NCBI GenBank assembly: GCA_027001995.1
Contig: JALTLO010000197.1
Span: 31,299 to 95,298, forward strand
Reading direction: 5' to 3'
DNA length: 64,000 nucleotides
Origin: Planctomycetota bacterium
GTDB taxonomy: Bacteria > Planctomycetota > GCA-002687715 > DRQF01
How positions within the stretch are numbered: position 1 is the first letter of the stretch; every line of letters begins with the position of its first letter. A program made the position numbers and the translations under genes. Below, one piece after another: positions 10,701 through 17,818 of this stretch. The notes beneath the pieces were generated by a model, which had not been told where the DNA came from, did no database searches, and saw nothing but the letters and a program-made list of their open reading frames with translations.

Positions 10701-10836
10701 TAGGGGGCAATTCTGGGGTGGTTTCTTCCCTATTTTCCTCTAAGTCACTTGTTTGATCTGCTTGAATCGAGGAATTCACCCTATCCCCATCTTCATTTGA
10801 GCTATTTTCGCCGATTTTGCTGTCCTGGTCTGCCAT
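4756..10836 (-). CDS. DUF4011 / SF1 (UPF1-like) helicase / Vsr-like nuclease / DUF3320-type large protein (Hhe-like candidate defence protein)
   Basis: WQRKLLDLSLRNRLLNF (DUF4011 start), GPPGTGKSQT, VVFDEASQ, GDSKQLPP, WHYRS, ENVQGDERD, RRLNVAITRAR, IDLAI..GIECDG..RDRDR..LGW; N-terminal transglutaminase-like GNCLD..GHAF. Confidence 0.88.
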   Translation of the reverse strand: MADQDSKIGENSSNEDGDRVNSSIQADQTSDLEENREETTPELPPTTVELHLDYDRLVNFAMQQNDVPVVKRLNLVNSSEALDDVTIAIQLGSGLSEELHIRLDRIAPEEEINLEHISLPLNVDRLKEQSERQETELEVTVSARGKSPSVKGFPVEVLAFNEWPGLSTLPEVLAAFVLPNSRGVNALIGKTVRTHEERQSIPILDGYQSGDPNGVIEQIRSIYETLAREDLGYVGVPASFEDDGQKVRFPDVILQDKVGNCLDLSLLAASVMEQCGLNPIIVLTKGHAFCGAWVSDHCFPEPTIDDVTSLRKRIDVEDIVVFESTLLANRPLVPFHVARSDGRKHLDNGDDFCAVIDIRRARKLKIRPLPQASQEFESEGEYFGVTTTRISPEDLATLGAEVEDATTIVPLQAIEAPTVEQQAPEEDSRIRRWQRKLLDLSLRNRLLNFRPTKKNIPLLIPDLGGFEDAVEGGVSFTLRGRPGEQIANSPRDMTIQKDRLHEDSKVSILAEDLNNRIVHVDTDEKNLDGKLLDLYRASRNELEETGSNTLFLALGFLSWKENESSNLERLAPIILLPMHLTRKSIREGFRLQRGDEDARINTTLLEKLKQDFGLDTDHLKTLPEDENGVDIDLALKNFRKVIMDVPRWDVVNNCALGLFSFNKFLMWADLESHQDSLLNSKVVRHLVETPGSAFEGNVVYPQASELDKILPAGENLCPMDADSSQLSAVIAAAQGHTFVLQGPPGTGKSQTITNLIAHCLSRGKRVLFVAEKMAALNVVHDRLSKIGLASSCLELHSKKTSKRHVLDQLQTAMTATAHKSTGEWEELAEELTDRRKDLNDYVQEIHSRRPPGLSIFQATSRLANMGDLPRVQLNLAHVHEIHRSEVDELGELAGSLGTAAKMVAPVNDHLLHSIQVSDWSPKLADHIDQAVRAAQKSKKDLSRSRIAIGEELGLPENVETDSRGQLDGLRRLFALLLENPGSSRDLLTEPGWEGIKESLKPSLDRGRQLADLRMELERRYLDELLATDVTSWLTSLQKARSSFPPLSWIRVFLTKRALKPFVRGSLADTDTLVLDLGRIQKLREEERQLAEICDQEKRFFGHHWRGARSDWQKLQEIIAWAESFRQELAQLSHNADWVAGGFRERAIRLAVEDSDQLIGPSSLRQDMDTFLNDLLQLDHRLEALDNIVHFDKLAAFGSENDEGYFDRLGKTLDNLLDGRRDLRDWCHWSHLMARAQEKGLEELGKSLGDGSLAGENALKVFKKSLLEDWLNQQLEDSLLLRRFNSLEHERKIAAFAALDQKMISLSSEVIKSRINANLPGFSKEASAKSEVGILQRQLKLKRRHMPIRRLFESLPDLLPRLKPCLLMSPLSVAQYLSTDYPRADIVVFDEASQIPVWDAIGALARGESAVIVGDSKQLPPTSFFRTQDDEDDDPDSDMVEEVESILDECEAGGFTSLNLSWHYRSRHEDLISFSNHHYYNNRLMTFPSPGDTNNHMGVHFVQVEDAHYDRAKTRTNKNEAKAVVSDVLRRLTDPQLSQDTIGIVAFSQAQQNCIEDYLDEARREHPEIESFFGEDVAEAVFVKNLENVQGDERDIILFSICYGPDADGRVSMNFGPLNREGGERRLNVAITRARKELRVFSTLRHEQIDLSRSRALGVAHLKSFLEYADRGHVALPSNLGQRGLREAESPLNEAIAKRLRERGYKVSLHVGSSSQPIDLAIHDPDNADTFILGIECDGSNYSDSANARDRDRIRPNVLKGLGWELCRVWSGDWLQDPERVLEAIEAKLVEKSDSPPPLTEEQELANELEAEENSASITDDEEGEHLKLKLVEAVEIYRPTVIPKSNLGAEALYDENQEDAVRQVITSILVQESPVSLNLVCRRLMTTLGIDRLTSRVRNRVTTLIAELPEGEKPKIFDGVYFLGDDEPSNYRKFRTAALGEIPRQADDIHPIEIANACKRVMEEQIALPLTDLPKETARMLGFPRLGSKVKAAMDKGIEEILTKGWGILDDGQVRLPRQTPKQDEV

Positions 10837-11084
10837 GAGTCAAAAAGCTCTCTCTTATCTCTCGTTTCGCTATGGTTCACGTACCTTGGAGGCATGGATA
10901 CGATTCGCAATTTCTCGCGCCTTTATACTATTTGTCCCCGAATAAGGCCTGGGGGGAGGCGCCCTCTCACTCTACCGTTCTAAAGCCTTTGGCCAAGATG
11001 CCTTAAAGCTTGAGAAAATACCCCGCAATTTCGGCCAGTTTTCTTAGTATAGAGTCCCGTCATCAAACTTTGGAAATACTTGCT

Positions 11085-14000
11085 ATGACCACAGATAAAC
11101 CCAAGAAATCAGCACTCGGCCGCATCATGCGGGCTGTCTTGCTTCTCATTCTTCTCGTCGCCGTTCTCGTGGCCCTGGCTCCCACACTTTTCTCTGGTTT
11201 TATCCAAGGAAAGATCGTTGAAGCCATGGAGGAGAGTCTCGATGCCAAAGTCACCATGGAGGATTTTTCTTTCGGGTGGATGAGCGGCAGCCAAATCGAA
11301 GGATTTACGATGACCCGGCCGGGAGAATCGGAGCCTTGCTTGTCCGTTGGCAAGGTGACGACCGCCCCAAGTTTGAGTGATATCTTGGCGTCCCGCTTTA
11401 TCGTTGAGGACATCGTCGCAGAAAATGTGACTGTGAGAATCAAACGAAACGAAACAGGGGTCGATTGGCAAGACATTGCCAAGGGGCCGAAGAAGAAGGG
11501 AGAGAAGACCGGATCCGAATCTACTGAGATTCCAGATTTCTTGGTCAGAGCTCGCGTCAACAACCTTCGTATCGTCTATTCGGACATCAAATTGGATCGA
11601 GCCCTCGATTTCCCAGGAATGAACGTTTCTTTGGAGGCTTCTCGAGGTGCTGACCTGAAGGTAAAAGTCACGGGACCATCTGGTCTTGACTGTGACCTAA
11701 AGTGCCAGTTGTTTGATGGCGATCGCTTGCTTCCCAATGACAAAATAACAGCCACAGGAACTTTGTCCTGGAGCGATCTGCAACTCTTCGATTACCAACC
11801 ACATCTGGGTCAATACCTGAGTGGTCTTTCCGGCACAGTGAACACCCACTATAACCTGAACTACGGCCCTCAAGGTGCTACTCGGGTAAGCGGTAAGACA
11901 CAGTGGCAAGGCCTCGTGGCAAAAACCTCTGCTGGCGGCGTGGCTTCGACTTCGGGAACGATTGACAACACTGTCCTCATGGCTGAGGGGCAGCCCCCGG
12001 TCGTCGAAGCTCTCATCAATCTCAGCGACGTTGAGATTGTCGGAATGCCCAATCAAAAGAAGGCAGTTCCATGCGGCACAGGGGTGGTGAATGTCAAGAT
12101 GGCGGGGGACCTACTGACTTTGAGCCAATGTGAAGTTGCTGTCCCTGGTGGGAAATTCTCTCTCAGCGGTGACTATGCCATGGGAGATCAACCCAGTCGT
12201 GGCATGCGTTTGGACGCAAACACAGATTTGTCCATTTGGTCAACTTACTTCGAAGGCATCCCAGATTTGGGTGGCAAAGTCCAGGTTGGTGGGCTTATTC
12301 CTGGTGACATGACTCGAAACCCTATTGATCTCAAGGTTTTAGTCGATGCTCTCAAGTTGACCGGTGGCCCCCTGGGAGAGAAATCCTACAATTGCGGCAA
12401 GACCACTTTCGACCTTCAATTGACACAGCCCCAAACCCCCGAAGGTTCTCAAGACATCATTGTCAAGAGTCGAAGCCGCATGTGGCAAGTTGATCTGAAT
12501 TCATCTTTGCGAAGCAAAGCGAGTGCAGCATTCGGAATGCTCGGACAAGCAAAGATCAAGGGTAATTGTGACATGGAGCAATTCTTGGCGCCGTTCACCG
12601 ACTCTCGGGGGCAAGGTCGGGTGAGTTTCGATTTCTTGGCTGGTCTCGAGGAGGACAAAGTCCAAATCCAGAACGCCACGGTTCGAGGACCTGGGGCCAC
12701 GGCTCAGTTCTCTGGGCAAGTTGGCCGTCGGGCTGATGGTTGGGGCTTCATGTTCGATGGCAAGGATGTCACCTACCAACGGGGAGATGGAATCGGGATC
12801 GTTATGCCCAAGCTCTTGGGGCGGGGCACCTGGAATGAGAAATCCCATGCTGTTCAAGGGCGGATCTCTATCGACGATGTTCGCACTGTTGGTGGACAAA
12901 GGGCGACCATGAAGGGCGGAGCAGTCCTGGTTGACTTTGACGGTTCTGTGGATCAGGAGAAGGGACGATACCAGATCAATTTTGGTCGCTTGAACTTGGC
13001 TGGTTTTCAGGGCAAAGGCGGTATTGACTATGCCAAGGACACGGGGCTGGGAAAGCTGAGTATCGTAGGAGAGGCTGACTATGCTGAGCTGAGCTCTCGT
13101 TGGTTAAGGCTCTACGATCCCCAAGCCACAGGGCAGGGTAAAGGCCCGGTTGTTCTTGAAATCGACCCGAAAGGAGGCAACTGGAGCCAAGCTTCTGGGC
13201 GACTTGATCTCCAAGTTCCAGGTTTGAAATCCCAAGGTTTCGATTTGGCCGATCTCGTTATCAAGGGGACTATGAATAATGGCAAAGGCAAGATCACCCA
13301 GGGTGGGGGCCGACTTAATGACGGCACGGTGAAACTCACCGGTGATGTTGACTTCACTGGGGAAAACATGGTGTTCAATACGAATGCCGAAATGAAAGGC
13401 GTGAGGCTGGTGAAAGAGTGGCAACCTGCTATCGCCCGTGTGATTCCTCTTTTTGCAGGTATCGGCGTCACGGCGGAAGGAGTCATCAATATGAATCTGA
13501 CGGCGGATGGTGTTGGCGATACCTGGGACTCAATCAAACCCCGATTGAATGGTGATGGCAGCTTGGGGCTTGGTAACGGCCGCATTGTTGGTTCGCCAAT
13601 TCTCAGGACTTTTGGTTTGGCCTTGGGTTTCGACCCGAACATGTCGATTCGGGATATCAACAGTGCCTTCCAAATCAAGAATGGTGGAGTTCACCAAGAA
13701 GGCTTGTTGGCTGACTTCGGCACATTCCAGATGAAGATGGGTGGAATTACTTACTTGGATGGAAGGTTGGATTATGACGTTGGTTTTAAGCCCGTGTCTC
13801 AGAACCCAAGCAATTGGCAGCGTTTCGCATCTTTGGTTGCCAACGATGGCTTCTTGCCCCTGAAGCTCCGGGGGACTGTTGATTCCCCGAAGCCTGGTCT
13901 TCCGGATCCAGCCAAGCTGATAGAAGCTGGGGCGAGAAAGCTCCTCGGGGATGGCATTGGTAACCTACTTGGGGGTGATAAGAAGAAGAACGGGAAGAGC

Positions 14001-14324
14001 CAGGGGATTGGCGGTATTTTGAAAGGCCTCGGCGGTAATAAGAGTAAGTCAAAAGATGACCCCAAGAAAAAGAATGCTTCGGACCCTCTTCAAGGGCTGC
14101 TGCAGGGATTGGGTGGCAATAAGAAGAAATCCAAGGACGATGCCAAGAAGAAAGCTTCCGACCCCCTTCAAGGACTGCTGCGAGGATTGGGCGGCAAGAA
14201 GAAACAGAAACCAAACGATAAGAAGAACAAGAAGAACAAAGAAAAGAAGCAACGTCCCAAGGGCTTAGGTGGCCTCCTGCAAGGTTTGGGCGGAAGCCGC
14301 AATCAGAACGACGGCCACCGTTGA
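11085..14324 (+). CDS. AsmA-like envelope protein with Lys/Gly-rich repetitive C-terminal tail
   Basis: N-terminal membrane anchor, long beta-rich body, AsmA-like C-terminal segment (G..LDGRLDY..LPLKLRGTVDSPK); start set at ATG 11085. Confidence 0.65.
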   Translation: MTTDKPKKSALGRIMRAVLLLILLVAVLVALAPTLFSGFIQGKIVEAMEESLDAKVTMEDFSFGWMSGSQIEGFTMTRPGESEPCLSVGKVTTAPSLSDILASRFIVEDIVAENVTVRIKRNETGVDWQDIAKGPKKKGEKTGSESTEIPDFLVRARVNNLRIVYSDIKLDRALDFPGMNVSLEASRGADLKVKVTGPSGLDCDLKCQLFDGDRLLPNDKITATGTLSWSDLQLFDYQPHLGQYLSGLSGTVNTHYNLNYGPQGATRVSGKTQWQGLVAKTSAGGVASTSGTIDNTVLMAEGQPPVVEALINLSDVEIVGMPNQKKAVPCGTGVVNVKMAGDLLTLSQCEVAVPGGKFSLSGDYAMGDQPSRGMRLDANTDLSIWSTYFEGIPDLGGKVQVGGLIPGDMTRNPIDLKVLVDALKLTGGPLGEKSYNCGKTTFDLQLTQPQTPEGSQDIIVKSRSRMWQVDLNSSLRSKASAAFGMLGQAKIKGNCDMEQFLAPFTDSRGQGRVSFDFLAGLEEDKVQIQNATVRGPGATAQFSGQVGRRADGWGFMFDGKDVTYQRGDGIGIVMPKLLGRGTWNEKSHAVQGRISIDDVRTVGGQRATMKGGAVLVDFDGSVDQEKGRYQINFGRLNLAGFQGKGGIDYAKDTGLGKLSIVGEADYAELSSRWLRLYDPQATGQGKGPVVLEIDPKGGNWSQASGRLDLQVPGLKSQGFDLADLVIKGTMNNGKGKITQGGGRLNDGTVKLTGDVDFTGENMVFNTNAEMKGVRLVKEWQPAIARVIPLFAGIGVTAEGVINMNLTADGVGDTWDSIKPRLNGDGSLGLGNGRIVGSPILRTFGLALGFDPNMSIRDINSAFQIKNGGVHQEGLLADFGTFQMKMGGITYLDGRLDYDVGFKPVSQNPSNWQRFASLVANDGFLPLKLRGTVDSPKPGLPDPAKLIEAGARKLLGDGIGNLLGGDKKKNGKSQGIGGILKGLGGNKSKSKDDPKKKNASDPLQGLLQGLGGNKKKSKDDAKKKASDPLQGLLRGLGGKKKQKPNDKKNKKNKEKKQRPKGLGGLLQGLGGSRNQNDGHR
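13945..14300 (+). repeat. Imperfect coding repeats (ASDPLQGLLxGLGGxKKK-type) in the AsmA-like tail
   Basis: Two near-identical units starting near 14076 and 14154 plus about three degenerate GLGG units separated by Lys runs. Confidence 0.75.
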
Positions 14325-14333
14325 GGTCCATTC

Positions 14334-15179
14334 TTGAGGCTCACAACCACAAATCATGATCGCGATTTCTCTGGTATGCGCTATGTCTATCCAGTGATAT
14401 CACGGCGCGCGCAAGGTGTGTCCATTGGCATCAACCTGAATCCCAACAAAGCCTGCAATTGGCGCTGTGTCTATTGCCAAGTCGCAGATCTAAAAAGGGG
14501 AGCAGGCCCCACCATCGACTTGGATCTTCTCCAAGACGAACTCTCAAGTCTTCTCGATGCCGTTGTTCGGGGCGATTTCATGGAAACCCATGTCCCAGAA
14601 GAAGCCCGCGTCTTGAAGGACATCGCTTTTTCTGGGGATGGCGAATCAACCAGTTCACCTCAGTTTCTTGAATCATTGGAAAAAGTGGCAAACTTGTTGG
14701 ACCGTTTCGGCCTTAAAGGAAAAATCAATGTTGTGTTGATTACCAATGGCTCCCTGGTTCAGAAACCTGAGGTACAAAAAGGCCTTCGGGTGCTTTCTGA
14801 TCTGGGAGGCGAGGTTTGGTTTAAGCTCGACCGGGGAAGCTCTGAGGCCATAAAGGAAGTCAACGGGGCAGTCATAGATATCGACCGTCACCTCGTCAAT
14901 CTGGAAACCACAGCTCGCCGGGTACCCACCTGGATTCAAACCTGCATGTTTGCCAAAGACGGCCAACCTCCCACCGAAGAAGAGATCGATGACTATCTTT
15001 GTATCCTTGGCAACCTGATTCTTGCTGAGGTGTCGGTGCAAGGTGTTTTGCTCTATGGAATGGCCCGCCCACCTATGCTTCCAGAAGGGACAAGGCTCTC
15101 TCAGTTGGAGAGCAAATGGCTCGAGAATCTGGGAGGGCGCATTCGCGCCCTCGGCTTACAGGTTCGCGTTTCAGCCTGA
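14334..15179 (+). CDS. Radical SAM protein (TYW1-like family), function unknown
   Basis: YVYPVISRR..SIGINL, CNWRCVYC (CxxxCxxC), IAFSGDGE, LITNG; TTG start. Confidence 0.88.
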   Translation: MRLTTTNHDRDFSGMRYVYPVISRRAQGVSIGINLNPNKACNWRCVYCQVADLKRGAGPTIDLDLLQDELSSLLDAVVRGDFMETHVPEEARVLKDIAFSGDGESTSSPQFLESLEKVANLLDRFGLKGKINVVLITNGSLVQKPEVQKGLRVLSDLGGEVWFKLDRGSSEAIKEVNGAVIDIDRHLVNLETTARRVPTWIQTCMFAKDGQPPTEEEIDDYLCILGNLILAEVSVQGVLLYGMARPPMLPEGTRLSQLESKWLENLGGRIRALGLQVRVSA

Positions 15180-15264
15180 TGGCAGGAGTGGGAGTACATA
15201 GGATACACAAGGGCAGCCGCCCCATGCTCTTCCTTCTCACTGAATGACGTTGATCCCAAGGTCT

Positions 15265-16137
15265 TCAGAGTTTGCCTAGTTTTCTCGCGATGATGGGGCT
15301 AAATTTCTTTGCGCCGAAAATGTTCAGGTGGTCAATGTTGAGAAACTCTTTGGAGTTGAGCCTAAGACCTCCGGCGGCAAGGATGGGGACTCCCATTTGG
15401 GAAAGCTCTCCTCGCAGCCCTTTGAATTCCTTGAGGAAATTCTCAGGAATGGCGTTTAGATACCGTCTGCGAACCGGGCTGACGACCAGGACGATCTTCA
15501 CTTTTCTTGCCCGACAGAGCTCGATGATCTTGAATAAGTAGCGCCTCATGACGGCGGAGATCCCGGCGTTCTTGCCTCGGTAGAAGAAATGACCTTCAAT
15601 GGCACGTTTAAGATCACTGGTATCACTTTGTCGAGAGTTGCTGTACTTTCCCATGTAGTGAACGTGGTCCTCTTTGGGTTGCAGACACATTTGGCGCACC
15701 ACTGTGTCAACGTAGGTTCGCCAGTCCACCGCTATGGTCTCTACTGTGAGTGGATTGCCGATGGTGTAGCTTCGTTTGAACATTTCCTCTGCCCACTGAG
15801 GATCAATGAACTTCTCATCGTTGTAGGCCGAGATGTTGTGATGTGCTAACCCAAGCAGCACGGTGGAAACATGGGGGTTTTTGGGCAGCAAGGTTTGTAG
15901 TTTCCAGTAGGTCAGAGCATAGGGCTCTGCCCCTTGACAAATGTTGCGACCGTGTTCGAAGAATTCTGGGTCTAAGGCCCGCATTAAGTATGAGTCACCA
16001 ACAATGAGTGTCTCACAATCACCAAGATCAATTTTTGGATCGGACTTGCTGACCGACAAATTGTAGGAGTAGAGGAACCCCATATAAGTCAAAAGCAAGG
16101 AAGCGAAGAGGACTAACTTGATCAAGAAAGGTTTCAT
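15265..16137 (-). CDS. SGNH-like periplasmic protein, probable O-acyltransferase partner of the MBOAT
   Basis: N-terminal TM helix, IVGDS (block I) and FLNIDHLN (block V-like); 8 bp downstream of the MBOAT gene. Confidence 0.7.
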   Translation of the reverse strand: MKPFLIKLVLFASLLLTYMGFLYSYNLSVSKSDPKIDLGDCETLIVGDSYLMRALDPEFFEHGRNICQGAEPYALTYWKLQTLLPKNPHVSTVLLGLAHHNISAYNDEKFIDPQWAEEMFKRSYTIGNPLTVETIAVDWRTYVDTVVRQMCLQPKEDHVHYMGKYSNSRQSDTSDLKRAIEGHFFYRGKNAGISAVMRRYLFKIIELCRARKVKIVLVVSPVRRRYLNAIPENFLKEFKGLRGELSQMGVPILAAGGLRLNSKEFLNIDHLNIFGAKKFSPIIARKLGKL

Positions 16138-16145
16138 GTCCTGCC

Positions 16146-17582
16146 TTAGAATTGAAAATAAACGAATTCATGTTGGCTTCCTCCACAGAGGAAGATTGCC
16201 ATGATCAAGGCGAAGTAGGCTGGCCACCTGAGCAGGCGATATCGACTCTCATGTCCCCAGTGGAGCCCGTGTTCTCTTAGGCGTTGGCACCATTCAATAA
16301 CAATCAAGACTACAATCGAAATAGTCAGGCTTTGCTCGATCGTTTTCGATGTTTCGAATAAGGAAGCAGAAAAGATCTGGCCCAAGTAGGAAAAGGCATG
16401 CCCGAGATTATCTGCTCTAAAGAAAACCCAGGCAATCAATGTCAAAGCGAACGTTGTCACTATTTGGGCGAGTTCTTTTGGTCTCGGGAATATCTTCCCT
16501 TCAGCGACAACGTTCAGGTTCTTGCGGTTTTTGCTTCTGAGCATCAGAGGTAAGAAGTAAAGGGCATGGAGGGTTCCCCAAACGACGAAAGTCCAATTGG
16601 CCCCGTGCCAGAATCCGCTGACGATGAAGATGATGAAGATGTTTCTGATTGTCTTAGTCGTGCTTCCCCGGCTGCCTCCCAATGGGATATAGACGTAATC
16701 CCGAAACCAGGTCGAAAGGGAAATGTGCCAGCGCCGCCAGAATTCTGCGATGTCTCGGGAGAAATAGGGGAAAGAGAAGTTCTTCATGAGATCGAAACCA
16801 AAGAGACGGGCGGTGCCAATGGCGATGTCGGAATACCCAGAAAAGTCTCCATAGATTTGCAAGGAGAAGAGGAAGACAGCAAGGAGAAGAGTGCTTCCCG
16901 TGTGGTCTGCATAGTGAGGAAAAATTTCGTCGACAAAGGTAGCACAGTTGTCGGCAATCACGATTTTCTTGAACAAACCCCAGAGAATCTGGCGCATACC
17001 GTCAACGGCCTTATGATGGTCGAAAACCCGAGGGCGGTGGAATTGAGGCAAGAGCGCTGATGCCCGTTCGATGGGGCCCGCCACCAATTGGGGGAAGAAA
17101 CTCACAAAGGCGAAGAATGACAGGACATCTTTTGTTGCCTTGATCTTCTGGCGATACACGTCAATTGAGTAACTCAGAGTTTGAAACGTGTAGAAACTGA
17201 TGCCCACCGGCAAGACAATCTCTAAGTTGCGTGGACTCATGGAGAAGCCAAAGAAGCGGAAAGCCTCGACGAAGTTGTCGAGGAAGAAGTTGCAATACTT
17301 GAAGTAGGCCAGTAAGCCCAGATTGACCGTCAGACTTAGGAATAGGAGGAGTCGTCGGTGTCGCTTATTCTCAGTTCCTGCCAGGCCGAGACCTACCCCA
17401 AAGTCAACCATGGAACTCAAAGCGATTAACCACAGAAAGTGCCAATCCCACCAACCATAGAAAATGTAGCTGACTAGCAAGAGGAATGCGTTCTGAACTT
17501 TGAGATTCTTGGGAAAGACAAACCAATAAAGGGCAAAGACAATTGGCAGGAAGATGGCAAAGTCGATCGAATTGAACAGCAT
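16146..17582 (-). CDS. MBOAT family O-acyltransferase (AlgI/DltB-like)
   Basis: MLFNS start, LPVGISFYTFQ, FFPQLVAGPIER, DFSGYSDIAIG, FWRRWHISLS, SGFWHGANWTF, C-terminal FVYFQF. Confidence 0.93.
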   Translation of the reverse strand: MLFNSIDFAIFLPIVFALYWFVFPKNLKVQNAFLLLVSYIFYGWWDWHFLWLIALSSMVDFGVGLGLAGTENKRHRRLLLFLSLTVNLGLLAYFKYCNFFLDNFVEAFRFFGFSMSPRNLEIVLPVGISFYTFQTLSYSIDVYRQKIKATKDVLSFFAFVSFFPQLVAGPIERASALLPQFHRPRVFDHHKAVDGMRQILWGLFKKIVIADNCATFVDEIFPHYADHTGSTLLLAVFLFSLQIYGDFSGYSDIAIGTARLFGFDLMKNFSFPYFSRDIAEFWRRWHISLSTWFRDYVYIPLGGSRGSTTKTIRNIFIIFIVSGFWHGANWTFVVWGTLHALYFLPLMLRSKNRKNLNVVAEGKIFPRPKELAQIVTTFALTLIAWVFFRADNLGHAFSYLGQIFSASLFETSKTIEQSLTISIVVLIVIEWCQRLREHGLHWGHESRYRLLRWPAYFALIMAIFLCGGSQHEFVYFQF

Positions 17583-17818
17583 TCGGAAAACCAACTCACA
17601 CAGACAAGCGACTTAGTAGAGGCACATTCTACTGTGGAGTGGCGCTGATAGCAAAAGGAGACGTTTCCGTCCTGGAGCCGGAAATGGCAATCAGCATGGG
17701 CATAGTGAGTAGAGTGATCGCTGGTTTCTGGTCTGTGGGCAACGAAGCGATGGAAATGGAGTGACCATTCTTGGGTTCTTCATGATGGTCTGGGCTTGGC
17801 CGGGGCCAGAAGACATCC

